In this document: piece after piece, positions 9,423 to 18,742 of the stretch
Numbering within the stretch: position 1 is the stretch's first letter
Layout: each line of letters starts with the position of its first letter
Assembly (NCBI GenBank): GCA_041551965.1
Contig: JBFELU010000006.1
Location: 201 to 64,200 of the forward strand
Direction: 5' to 3'
Origin: Acidimicrobiia bacterium
Lineage (GTDB): Bacteria > Actinomycetota > Acidimicrobiia > Spongiisociales > UBA11373
Length of the DNA stretch: 64,000 nt
The notes under the pieces: model-generated
The model's input: the letters and a program-made list of their open reading frames with translations, nothing else
What the model was told of the DNA's origin: nothing
Database searches by the model: none
Program-made: the position numbers and the translations under genes

Positions 9423-10207
9423 TGTCCGGATTCCCCGAAGCACTCGCCGCTGCGGCGATCGTGATCGTGGCTTCCATGACGATGTTGTGGGTCGTGAGCG
9501 TCGGGGTGCGCGACGCGAGCATCGTCGACATCTTCTGGGGGCCGGGCTTCGTCATCGTCGCCTGGGCCGTGTTCCTGGTCGCCGACGGCACCGGTTCTCG
9601 TCGACTGCTTCTGGCGCTGCTCACCACCATCTGGGGTCTGCGCCTCGGCGGCTATCTGGCGTGGCGCAATCTCGGCAAGGGGGAGGACTACCGCTATCAG
9701 GCCTTCCGAAAGCGTTACGGGCCGCGCTACTGGTTGATCAGCCTCTTCCAAGTGTTCCTGCTCCAGGGGATGTTCATGTGGATCGTCTCGCTCCCCCTCC
9801 AGGCGGGACAGATCCCCGCCACCCCAACGGGACTCGGATGGCAGACGTGGGCCGGTTGCGCGGTGTGGGCGGTCGGCCTGTTCTTCGAAGCCACCGGCGA
9901 CTTCCAGCTGGCCCGGTTCAAGGCCGACTCGGCCAATCGAGGCAAGGTTATGGATCGGGGATTGTGGCGTTACACCCGGCACCCGAACTACTTCGGCAAC
10001 TTCCTGGTGTGGTGGGGGATCTTCATCGTGGCCTTGGAGGCAAGGGGAACGTGGTGGACGATCATCGGACCGTTGGTGATGTCCTTCCTCCTCCTGCGCG
10101 TCAGCGGCGTGGCGATGCTGGAGCGCACCATCACCAAGCGGCGAGAGGGCTACGCCGAGTACATCGAGCGCACCAGCGCCTTCTTCCCGAGACCACCGCG
10201 GGCCTAG
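9422..10207 (+). CDS. DUF1295 / steroid 5-alpha-reductase-like membrane protein
   Basis: DASIVDIFWG, GEDYRY, GLWRYTRHPNYFG, RTSAFFP. Confidence 0.88.
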   Translation: MSGFPEALAAAAIVIVASMTMLWVVSVGVRDASIVDIFWGPGFVIVAWAVFLVADGTGSRRLLLALLTTIWGLRLGGYLAWRNLGKGEDYRYQAFRKRYGPRYWLISLFQVFLLQGMFMWIVSLPLQAGQIPATPTGLGWQTWAGCAVWAVGLFFEATGDFQLARFKADSANRGKVMDRGLWRYTRHPNYFGNFLVWWGIFIVALEARGTWWTIIGPLVMSFLLLRVSGVAMLERTITKRREGYAEYIERTSAFFPRPPRA

Positions 10208-10222
10208 TCCCCCGCCCAGACG

Positions 10223-11881
10223 TCAGCCCGTCTGACGCAGATCCCGCCGATCGAAGAGCACCACCGAGATGGCGAGCAGTCCCAGGGCGAGTGCGGCCAG
10301 GACCCCGGCGTGGCCCCAGTGCATGCCGTTGTTGAGGGGGTCGCTGGTCAAGTAGTAGTAGAAGGGTGACCACCTGGCGAAGCCCGCCAGTCGGTCGTTC
10401 AGCGGCAGGAAGGCGTTGAGCACGTACAACGCCAGCGCCGCCCCGGCCATGCCGTAGGACGCCAGCCTGGCGCGGCCGCTCGCGGCGCTGATCAGCAATG
10501 AGAGCATGCCGAAAACCATCGCCACGAGAACCGCCAGGACACACGTGGCGGCGACGTTCACCACGCTCATACCCAGACCGCCCATGAGCGATCCGAGGAC
10601 CGTCCCCACGAAGGTGAGCAGGCCCACCAGGGTGGCGATGCCCATCATCGCCACCGATTTCTCGATCACCACCGTCCTGCGCCGGATCGGGTTGGCGAGC
10701 AGCAACCCGATCGTCCTCTCGGCCTCTTCTCCGGCCAGCGAACGCGATCCGATGACCCCGGTCGCGACGAGAAAGGCAATCGGAACCGTCAGGCTGAAGA
10801 TCTCGGTCTGATACCACCCCTCGGCCGTGCCCATGTCGGCGTACCCGACCATGGCGAGGACCGCCTCCGGGAACTGGCTGGAGAAATCCCTGATCAGGTC
10901 GTCGATCAGCAGATAGAACGGCCCGATGACGACGCTCATCAGCAACATCACATACCCCACCGAGATCGTCAGGGTCTGATGGTCCGAGGCCGTCTTGGCG
11001 GCGACCCGAGAGACACGCGCCGAGCCGGCGATCTTCTCCATGATCTTCCTCGTCCGAGGGTTGGCACGCAGGCGATCGAGCAGGGTCACCGCCACACCCC
11101 GCTCCTTCAAGTCTCGACGATTGACTCCCACGACCGCCGAAGCCACCAAGACGGCCGATGAAGCAGCGAGCACGCCCAGGTGGCCCCAGTCGACGCCGTT
11201 CCTGATGGGTTGGCTCGCGTCGTAGTAGTGCCACGGGAAGAACTCGGAGACCCATTCCCATCCATCGACCAACGGGAAGAGGCCGACTGCGATGAACGAA
11301 AGCACCATCACGACGGCGGTGACACCCGAGGCCATGCCACGGCTTCCCGTCCAGGCCCCGAGCATCGTCGCCAGGGAGCCGAAGAAGACCGAAACCACGA
11401 ACATGTGCAGCACCAGCGCCCCGACGTGCATGTTCCCGATGCCGACGTCCAATATCGCCGGCACCACCCATCCGCCCAGGATCAGAATCGCCGACCCCGC
11501 CCCCACGAGCACGACCATCGAACCGGCCTTGGACAGGAGGACCCCGGTCCGGCTCACGGGATTCCCCAACAGGAGCCCAAACGTCCCCTTTCGCTCCTCG
11601 CCGGCGATCGAAGCCGCGCCCATCGACAGCGCCAGGGATGCCAAGGTCAGCGTCCCATAGGAGCTATAGATGGCTCCGTAGGCCAGTCCGGCGGAGTCCG
11701 CGTCTTCGGCGATGTTCATGAGCGCCCGAAAGCCTTCGGGGAGGTCGGTGTAGAAGGAGAGATCGATATCGCGGTAGACGAGCATTCCGAAGAGCAACAT
11801 CCCGGCGACGGCCATCGCACCGATCACCACCCCCTTCCACCGATCGAGGACCGTCTTGGTGAAGACGTTGGCGAGGATCAG
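10223..11881 (-). CDS. ABC-2 type exporter permease with two fused permease domains; probable CTG start
   Basis: Two repeats of (S)xAGEE...T.GLLL.NP..R. The N-terminus extends past the predicted start to (M)ILANVFTKTVLDRW at a CTG overlapping the upstream TGA. Confidence 0.85.
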   Translation of the reverse strand: MILANVFTKTVLDRWKGVVIGAMAVAGMLLFGMLVYRDIDLSFYTDLPEGFRALMNIAEDADSAGLAYGAIYSSYGTLTLASLALSMGAASIAGEERKGTFGLLLGNPVSRTGVLLSKAGSMVVLVGAGSAILILGGWVVPAILDVGIGNMHVGALVLHMFVVSVFFGSLATMLGAWTGSRGMASGVTAVVMVLSFIAVGLFPLVDGWEWVSEFFPWHYYDASQPIRNGVDWGHLGVLAASSAVLVASAVVGVNRRDLKERGVAVTLLDRLRANPRTRKIMEKIAGSARVSRVAAKTASDHQTLTISVGYVMLLMSVVIGPFYLLIDDLIRDFSSQFPEAVLAMVGYADMGTAEGWYQTEIFSLTVPIAFLVATGVIGSRSLAGEEAERTIGLLLANPIRRRTVVIEKSVAMMGIATLVGLLTFVGTVLGSLMGGLGMSVVNVAATCVLAVLVAMVFGMLSLLISAASGRARLASYGMAGAALALYVLNAFLPLNDRLAGFARWSPFYYYLTSDPLNNGMHWGHAGVLAALALGLLAISVVLFDRRDLRQTG

Positions 11882-12780
11882 GCGGGACCCTCCTCGTCGC
11901 GGTAGTAGGTGAGGAACACCTCCTCGAGGTCCGCTTCGTGGGTGACGATGTCCACGACGTCGTAGCGACCGGCGATGGTCGTCAGCAGCGCGTCGATCGT
12001 CCCATCGAAGGTGAGAACGACTCGATGGTCGGTCACCTCCATGTCGCGCACACCTTCCACCTGCTCGAACACCCCCGACTCCACAGGTGTGGCGAATTCG
12101 AACTCGATGCGACGGAGACCCTTGGATCTGAGGTCGGCGACCGTTTCCACGGCGACCAGCAGGCCGCGACGGATGATGCCCACCCGATCGGCCACCCGCT
12201 GGACCTCCGAGAGGGTGTGACTGGACAGGAAGACGGTCCGTCCTTCAGCGGTCATCTCGCGCACCATCGACTGGAACTCACGCTGCATCAATGGGTCGAG
12301 GCCGGAACTGGGCTCGTCCATGATCAGCACCTCAGGCCGGTTCATGAAGGCCTGGATCAGGCCCACCTTCTGGCGGTTGCCGGAGGAGAGATCACCGACC
12401 TTCTTGGAGAGGTCGGCTTCGAGCCGCTCGGCGAGCTCGTCGACAAAGGACCAGTCGACCCCTCCCCGCAGATTCGCAAAGAAGGTGACCGTGTCCTTCC
12501 CCGTGAGGTTCGGATACATCGCCAGATCACCGGGGACGTAGCCGATGTGACGGCGAATCTCCACCGAATGGCGGTGGGTGTCCATCCCCAGGATCGACGC
12601 TCTGCCTGCCGTGGGCCTGATCTCGTCGAGGATGGTGCGAATCGTGGTGGTCTTCCCGGCACCATTCGGCCCCAAGAACCCGAACACCTCGCCGGCGAAG
12701 ACGTCCAGGTCGAGATCAATCAGCGCCTCGACGGTGCCGTAGTGCTTGGTCAAGCCCTCGGTACTGATGACGGCCGTCAT
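11878..12780 (-). CDS. ABC transporter ATP-binding protein
   Basis: GPNGAGKTT, LSSGNRQK, IMDEPSSGLD, SSH. Confidence 0.93.
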   Translation of the reverse strand: MTAVISTEGLTKHYGTVEALIDLDLDVFAGEVFGFLGPNGAGKTTTIRTILDEIRPTAGRASILGMDTHRHSVEIRRHIGYVPGDLAMYPNLTGKDTVTFFANLRGGVDWSFVDELAERLEADLSKKVGDLSSGNRQKVGLIQAFMNRPEVLIMDEPSSGLDPLMQREFQSMVREMTAEGRTVFLSSHTLSEVQRVADRVGIIRRGLLVAVETVADLRSKGLRRIEFEFATPVESGVFEQVEGVRDMEVTDHRVVLTFDGTIDALLTTIAGRYDVVDIVTHEADLEEVFLTYYRDEEGPA

Positions 12781-12840
12781 CGGCTCCTCGATGGACGTAC
12801 CGATGCTAGGGCCGTATCGATCTCGTTCTGTCGCGGGCCG

Positions 12841-13542
12841 CTACTCCGGCCTTCGCGCGGTGATGGAAGCGCCCACCACCGACGGTGGAGCACCGGCGAC
12901 CCGGCCCGTGATCTCGATTGCCGGACGCCGGAAGCCGGCATCGAGCAGCATTCGCAGATACTCGTTCGACGCAAGGGCACCCGCCACGCAGCCGGTCCAG
13001 GCGGCCACGTCGGCGGCGACGTCCTCCGGCAGCGCGTCGAGCAGCACGATGTCGCTGACGGCAAACGTTCCGTTCGGCCGGAGCACCCGGAATGCCTCGA
13101 TCAGTGCCCGATCCTTCTCGGGCGAGAGGTTGATCACGCAGTTGCTGATGATCACGTCGACCGAGGCATCGGGGAGCGGGATGGCTTCGAGTTCTCCCTT
13201 GAGGAACTCGACATTGTCGATGCCCGCTTCGGCCTGGTTCTTCCTGGCGAGGTCGAGCATCTCGTCGGTCATGTCGAGGCCGATGACCTTCCCGGTCGGT
13301 CCGACTCGCCGAGCCGCCAAGAAGACGTCGAGACCTCCACCGCTGCCCAGATCGAGGACCACCTGCCCCTCGGTCAGCCGCGCCAGCGCAACCGGATTGC
13401 CGCACCCGAGCGAGGTGTCGGCGACGTGTTCCAGACCACCCAGATCCTCGCCCCGGTAGAGGTCCGGGCCACAGCAGTCGGGTCGAGAGGCCGAGGCCAA
13501 TTGGGCATACCGCTTCCGAACCGCTTCTTTGATGCTCACCAT
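12841..13542 (-). CDS. arsM: Arsenite S-adenosylmethionine methyltransferase
   Basis: DCCG, SLGCGNP, VLDLGSGGG, ISNCVINL and WTGCVAGAL cysteine motifs. Confidence 0.88.
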   Translation of the reverse strand: MVSIKEAVRKRYAQLASASRPDCCGPDLYRGEDLGGLEHVADTSLGCGNPVALARLTEGQVVLDLGSGGGLDVFLAARRVGPTGKVIGLDMTDEMLDLARKNQAEAGIDNVEFLKGELEAIPLPDASVDVIISNCVINLSPEKDRALIEAFRVLRPNGTFAVSDIVLLDALPEDVAADVAAWTGCVAGALASNEYLRMLLDAGFRRPAIEITGRVAGAPPSVVGASITARRPE

Positions 13543-13570
13543 GGAGTCCTCCACTCATCGATCACCATCA

Positions 13571-13594
13571 ATATATCGACAGTTATCGATACAT
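13571..13594. promoter_or_regulatory. Inverted repeat ATATATCGA-CAGTTA-TCGATACAT, putative ArsR/SmtB-type operator in the arsM / LON-domain divergent promoter
   Basis: AT-rich dyad (8 of 9 matching, perfect TATCGA-N6-TCGATA core) about 30 nt upstream of arsM. Confidence 0.6.
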
Positions 13595-13613
13595 GCAAGA
13601 TAGAGTGCCGTCG

Positions 13614-14231
13614 ATGGTCGACCTCCCGATGTTCCCCCTCGAGAACCCGGTCGTTCCCCACACTGCGATCCCCCTCCACATCTTCGAGGACCGGTACCGG
13701 CGCATGATCCGCGACCTTCTCGACGGCGATCGGAAGTTGGGGATCGTCATGATCGAACGCGGCAGCGAAGTAGGCGGCGGCGACACCAGGAGCGCCGTGG
13801 GAACACTCGCCCGAGTCGCCGACGCCGAGCAACTCGACGACGGGCGCTGGATCGCCGTCGTCGTCGGCCTCGAGCGGATCAGGGTCCATCACTGGATCGC
13901 CGAGGACCCCTACCCCAGGGCCGAGATCGAGCCCTTTCCCGCTCTGCCGAGTGCAGCCGGGCTCGCAGAGCGCAAAGCCCTCGAGTCCTCCGTCCGCCGT
14001 CTCGCCGCCTTGCTCGCCGAACTCGACGAGCCGGGGCCGCCTGTCACCGTCGAACTCTCCGACGAACCGATCGCCGCTGCCTTCCAGGCGATCGTCGCCT
14101 CGCCGATCGGTCCCCTCGATGCCCAACGTCTCCTCGAGGTACCCGCCGGAGACGATCTGATTGCGAGGGTTCTGGAGACACTGGCGGAGAAGGAGGAACT
14201 CGCCCGCATGCGTCTCGCCACCGGCGACTAG
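13614..14231 (+). CDS. LON peptidase substrate-binding domain protein
   Basis: LPMFPL...PLHIFEDRYRRM, GSEVGGG, DPYPRAE. Confidence 0.88.
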   Translation: MVDLPMFPLENPVVPHTAIPLHIFEDRYRRMIRDLLDGDRKLGIVMIERGSEVGGGDTRSAVGTLARVADAEQLDDGRWIAVVVGLERIRVHHWIAEDPYPRAEIEPFPALPSAAGLAERKALESSVRRLAALLAELDEPGPPVTVELSDEPIAAAFQAIVASPIGPLDAQRLLEVPAGDDLIARVLETLAEKEELARMRLATGD

Positions 14232-15076
14232 CGGGCTGCCGACCGCCACGCCTCCCGCAATCGGACCTTCCCGCTCCTGAGCATCCCGCCGGAGTAGACC
14301 CGCTCGGCGGCCAGGATCAGGCCGTAGCTCGAGGCCACCACCAATGCCACCGCGATCCCGATCTCCCAGTGCTGTGCTGATCCATGCACCATTCGCAGCG
14401 GCATCGTGACCGGGGCCAGGGGCGGAAGAAGGGAGGCGATCCGGAGTACGAGGCCATCCGCTCCCCCATAGGCCGAGGCGCCGCCGATGAAGTAGCCGAC
14501 CATGAGCACGAGGTTGATCGGTCCGGCCGCGTTGGCGGCGTTCTGATGCCGGGCCACCAGCGATCCGGCGGCGGCATACACGACGGCGTAGAACGCAAAC
14601 CCGAGTACGAACCAGACGATCACGATGCCGACTGCACCCGCCGTTGCGGCCGGCAACTCGAACCGGTCCAACGCCGAGCCGACCACCAGCACCAGAGACC
14701 CGGTGAACACCACTTCGAACAGCCCGATGAGGCCGATGGCGACCACCTTGCCGACGAGCAGGTGACGCGGCCTCATCGCACCCAGGATCACCTCGGCGAC
14801 CCGGCTGTTCTTCTCCTCGGCCACACCAAGCAGGATCACTTGGCCGGTCATGACGATCGCCATGAAGAGGATGACGACACCCAGGAACCCGACGACCTGA
14901 TCGGCCTCGTCGGACGCCAATCGAATGGGATTCGGCTTCCCCGACCCGACCGTCTGAAGGATCACCAGGCCGACCAGTGCCGTCACCGCCAAGACCCCTG
15001 TGACGATCACCGCAGCCTTCCTCCGCGCCCGGAGTTCCCGCTGGATCACGAGGAAGACCGTTCGCACCGCCGTCAC
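14228..15076 (-). CDS. ABC-2 type permease (NatB/YhaP-like)
   Basis: GVAEEKNSRVAEVIL, LLVGKV, multiple TM segments. Confidence 0.85.
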   Translation of the reverse strand: MTAVRTVFLVIQRELRARRKAAVIVTGVLAVTALVGLVILQTVGSGKPNPIRLASDEADQVVGFLGVVILFMAIVMTGQVILLGVAEEKNSRVAEVILGAMRPRHLLVGKVVAIGLIGLFEVVFTGSLVLVVGSALDRFELPAATAGAVGIVIVWFVLGFAFYAVVYAAAGSLVARHQNAANAAGPINLVLMVGYFIGGASAYGGADGLVLRIASLLPPLAPVTMPLRMVHGSAQHWEIGIAVALVVASSYGLILAAERVYSGGMLRSGKVRLREAWRSAAR

Positions 15077-15966
15077 GACCCCGCCACCTCATTGAAGACC
15101 TCCGAGAGGTCTGGAGGTCGAACCGAGAACTCGACCACCTCCCCGAGACCGGCCGCCACCCGGGAGACCCGCTCGAGGTCGATGTGGCCCTCGATCACCA
15201 TCCGAAGCCGGTCTGTGTCGACTTCGACCGGTCGCCCCAGGTCGAGCAGCCGATTCCAGTCGACTCCGGTTCCTCCGCGAATACCCACCTCGAGGTACCG
15301 CCACGGCAGCGATGCCCTCAACTCGTCGACTTGCCCCTCGGCGACCACCCGCCCGCGATGGAGGATCACCACCTCGTCGCACAGATGCTCTACGAGGTCG
15401 AGCTGGTGACTGGAGAACAGCACCGCAGTCCCGCTCGCCGCACGGTCGCGAAGCACCCCGGCGAGCACCCCGGCCGCCACCGGATCGAGGCCGGAGAACG
15501 GCTCATCGAGGACGAGCAACTCCGGATCGTGAACCATGGCGACCGCCAGTTGGACCCGCTGTTGGTTGCCGTGCGACAGTTCGTCGACTCGAGCCTCGAG
15601 ACGGTCACCGAGTCCGAATTCCGTGAGGAGTCGTGCCGCGGCGTCGCTCGCGTCGGTGTGCGACATTCCGTGGAGCCGTCCGAAGTAGATCACCTGCTCG
15701 TGAATCCTCATCCGCGGATACAGGCCCCGCTCCTCCGGCATGTACCCGAAACGGAGCCGATCCTCCGGCCGTACCGGTCTTCCGTCCCATTGCACGGTGC
15801 CGGAGTCGGGAACCACGAGGTCGAAGACCGAGCGCATCGCCGTCGTCTTGCCGGCTCCGTTGGGGCCGAGAAACCCGAGCATCTCACCGCGTGCCACCAT
15901 GAGCCGGCACCCGTCCAGTGCCGTCACTTCGCCGAAGTGCTTAGTCAGTCGGTCGAGGAGAAGCAT
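15073..15966 (-). CDS. ABC transporter ATP-binding protein (YhaQ/NatA-like)
   Basis: GPNGAGKTT, GYMPEERGLY, LSHGNQQR, LDEPFSGLD. Confidence 0.92.
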   Translation of the reverse strand: MLLLDRLTKHFGEVTALDGCRLMVARGEMLGFLGPNGAGKTTAMRSVFDLVVPDSGTVQWDGRPVRPEDRLRFGYMPEERGLYPRMRIHEQVIYFGRLHGMSHTDASDAAARLLTEFGLGDRLEARVDELSHGNQQRVQLAVAMVHDPELLVLDEPFSGLDPVAAGVLAGVLRDRAASGTAVLFSSHQLDLVEHLCDEVVILHRGRVVAEGQVDELRASLPWRYLEVGIRGGTGVDWNRLLDLGRPVEVDTDRLRMVIEGHIDLERVSRVAAGLGEVVEFSVRPPDLSEVFNEVAGS

Positions 15967-15995
15967 GGGCTCCAATCGTCGCAGGCAGGCCCACC

Positions 15996-17264
15996 TCAGC
16001 CGAAGTCGACGCAGCCGTCGGCCCCGGCTCCCAAGTACCAGACCCTCTCCGTGAACGGTCCCTGCGGCTCGTCCTCCTCACCCTCGGGGGCCCGGTCGAT
16101 CCCTGCGACGAAGCCCGGTGTGATCTCGACCAGGCCACGGTCCGGGTCGAAGTAGGAGGGATCACCGTAGGCCGAGGAGAACTCGCCGATCGAACTGCCC
16201 AGGCTCACTCCCTCCGCCGTTGCCAGGCCTCGAGATCCCACGTCGAGACTCTCCAGGTCGAACGACCGGTAGCCGTACTGCGCAAACGACGGGTCGCTGA
16301 ACCCGACATCGCTGAAGTCGACGATCAGGACCGCAGGGTGAGCATCCCCCTCCTCGGCACCCTGCACCACCCACGTCACATGCCGGTTGAACCCTTCGCA
16401 AGTGCGGTCGCCGCTGACACCGGCCTGCCAACCGGTGTCTGTCGTCGGAGGTCCAAGAATGAACCCGATCGTCTCGAGGACCGAAACCGGCTCGGCACCG
16501 AAACTGAGAATGCCGAGCCCGTCCGGAGCCAGGACCATCGGACCGAAGTCGACGGTCACCGCCGCAGCCGCCCGCAGTTCGATGCGGAGCGCGTACGAAG
16601 CAGTCTCGTCGGAGATCACCCTGATTCGATAGACACCGTCTGCCGGTAGTTCTTGTGACCAGGGGACCTCGTCTCCGGCCGCTTTGATCGTCGTGCCTTC
16701 CGACGCCTGAACCGTGACCTGGACGGGTCCATCGAGCACCTCGAGACCCAGGTGTTGCCCCGCCACCCCCTCGAGGAGGAATGCGTCGTCGTCGTTGGGA
16801 TCGACGTTCCCGGCCACGCGCACCTCGGACTCTCCCTCGACGAACTCGATAGTGCGCTCGGCGCCACACCTCCTCGCCAGGGCCGCAAACGTCGCTTCGT
16901 CGGGTTCCCCGGTCGGGACCCTCCGCATCTCGGCCTGGGCGTAGGCCACCAGGCTTCCGGTGATCGGGCCGAACACCCCATCGACGGTGACCGCCGGCGC
17001 CTCTTCGCCCATCCGCTCGTAGCCGTTGCAGATGAGCAAGAACTGCAGCGCAGCGACATATTCCCCCCGCTCCCCGAGCCGGATGAACGGCTCCGCGTTC
17101 GGCTCCAACTGCACGAGCCCGCTGGTCGTCGTCGTAGGGGTGAGGACAACGGTCGTCGTCGTCTCCGCCGCCGTGGTCGTCGTCGACGACGACACGGCAT
17201 CGCCGCCGCAGGCCCCGACTGCGACCGCGACCACCACTGCGATCGGTGCGATTCCGGCCTTCAC
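15996..17264 (-). CDS. Lipoprotein with a peptidoglycan-binding domain and a PPC-like domain
   Basis: Lipobox VGAC, Thr-rich linker, RLGERGEYVAALQ...VDGVFGPIT PG-binding motif. Start estimated. Confidence 0.7.
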   Translation of the reverse strand: MKAGIAPIAVVVAVAVGACGGDAVSSSTTTTAAETTTTVVLTPTTTTSGLVQLEPNAEPFIRLGERGEYVAALQFLLICNGYERMGEEAPAVTVDGVFGPITGSLVAYAQAEMRRVPTGEPDEATFAALARRCGAERTIEFVEGESEVRVAGNVDPNDDDAFLLEGVAGQHLGLEVLDGPVQVTVQASEGTTIKAAGDEVPWSQELPADGVYRIRVISDETASYALRIELRAAAAVTVDFGPMVLAPDGLGILSFGAEPVSVLETIGFILGPPTTDTGWQAGVSGDRTCEGFNRHVTWVVQGAEEGDAHPAVLIVDFSDVGFSDPSFAQYGYRSFDLESLDVGSRGLATAEGVSLGSSIGEFSSAYGDPSYFDPDRGLVEITPGFVAGIDRAPEGEEDEPQGPFTERVWYLGAGADGCVDFG

Positions 17265-17317
17265 TGAACCCGAGGTTACGCTGCCGATCGGCTTCGGGGG
17301 CCACTCGCCCGAGTCGG

Positions 17318-18709
17318 TCACTCGTTCTCTTTTGACCCCCACCAGGAGCGAAGTAGCTCGAGTGCCTCCTCTTCGGAGTAGGGGCCGTGATCGAGGCGAT
17401 GCTCCAAGAGCATTGCCATGGCCTCTCCGACCCGGGGTCCGGGGTCGATACCGAGGAACTCCATGACCCGATGCCCATCGATCGGCGGCCGCATCGCATC
17501 GAGCTCCTCGCGCTCCCTGAGTTCCTCGATCCGCACCTCGAGTTCATCGATGCGCCTGGCGATCGTCCTCGCCCGCTTCAGGTTGCCGGTCGTCACGTCG
17601 CTCCGGACGAGCGCATTGAGACGATCGAGCAGGGGCCCGGCGTCACGGACGTAGCGCCGAACGGCGCGATCGGTCCAGCCCATCTTGAAGGTGTGCGGAC
17701 GCATGTGGAGGTAGACCAGCCGGGCCACATCATCGATCTCCTCGTTGGAGAATCGCAGCGCCTGCATCCTCGCCCGGGTGAGGCGAGCACCGACGACCTC
17801 GTGGTGGTGGAAGCTCACGCCGCCCAGACCGAAGGCCCGGGTGTCCGGCTTGCCGACATCGTGAAACAACGCGGCGAGGCGCACCACCCGATCCGGAGGG
17901 CATTTCGCCACGACCGCAACAGTGTGGGCCAGCACGTCCTTGTGCCGGTGGAGCGGATCATGCTGGTGGGACAGGGCCGCCAGTTCGGGGAGGAACACCT
18001 CGGCCAACCCCGACGACACCAACCCACCCAGGGCCTCGGCCACGTGCTCGCCCACGATCAGCTTCACCAGCTCGTCGCGGATCCGCTCCGCACTGATGAT
18101 CGCCAACCGGTCTCGCATCGATTGGACCGCGGCGGCAACCGTTTGATCGGCTTCGAATCCCAGGGTTGAGATGAACCGGAAGAGTCGGAGCATTCGGAGC
18201 GGGTCGTCGCCGAATGAGATCGCCGGATCGAGCGGGGTCCGCAACGCGCCGGACCCGAGATCGACCAGGCCACCGAACGGGTCGATCATCTCCGGTTCGG
18301 GGAGGAGCCTGAGGGCCATGGCGTTCACCGTGAAGTCCCGCCGCGAGAGATCCGTCTCGATGTCGTCGCTGAAGGTGACGACCGGCTTCCGAGAGTCCTC
18401 CCGGTAGACGTCCCGCCGGAAGGTGGTGATCTCATGGGTGACGTCGCCGCGTCGGGCCGCCACGGTTCCGTACTCGGCACCCACCGCAAAGACCGCATCC
18501 GCCCATGAAGCCACGATCTCGGAGATCTCGTCGGGCCGGGCGTCGGTGGCGTAGTCGAGATCGCCGAGTTCGGGATCTCGCCCCATGAGCGCATCACGGA
18601 CGCTACCGCCGACGAGATAGAGCGACCGACCCGCTTCGGCGAATCGCTGGGCGAGTTGCCGCGGGGCACCGTCGCCGCGCAAGAGATGCTCGAGCCGGGA
18701 CGGGATCAT
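17318..18709 (-). CDS. CCA tRNA nucleotidyltransferase with HD domain
   Basis: LVGGSVRD, DLDYATD, RRDFTVNAMA, DDPLRMLR, LFHDVGKP. Confidence 0.93.
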   Translation of the reverse strand: MIPSRLEHLLRGDGAPRQLAQRFAEAGRSLYLVGGSVRDALMGRDPELGDLDYATDARPDEISEIVASWADAVFAVGAEYGTVAARRGDVTHEITTFRRDVYREDSRKPVVTFSDDIETDLSRRDFTVNAMALRLLPEPEMIDPFGGLVDLGSGALRTPLDPAISFGDDPLRMLRLFRFISTLGFEADQTVAAAVQSMRDRLAIISAERIRDELVKLIVGEHVAEALGGLVSSGLAEVFLPELAALSHQHDPLHRHKDVLAHTVAVVAKCPPDRVVRLAALFHDVGKPDTRAFGLGGVSFHHHEVVGARLTRARMQALRFSNEEIDDVARLVYLHMRPHTFKMGWTDRAVRRYVRDAGPLLDRLNALVRSDVTTGNLKRARTIARRIDELEVRIEELREREELDAMRPPIDGHRVMEFLGIDPGPRVGEAMAMLLEHRLDHGPYSEEEALELLRSWWGSKENE

Positions 18710-18742
18710 GCCCGGCATCGTACCGGGCGAAGAATCGGTCTC

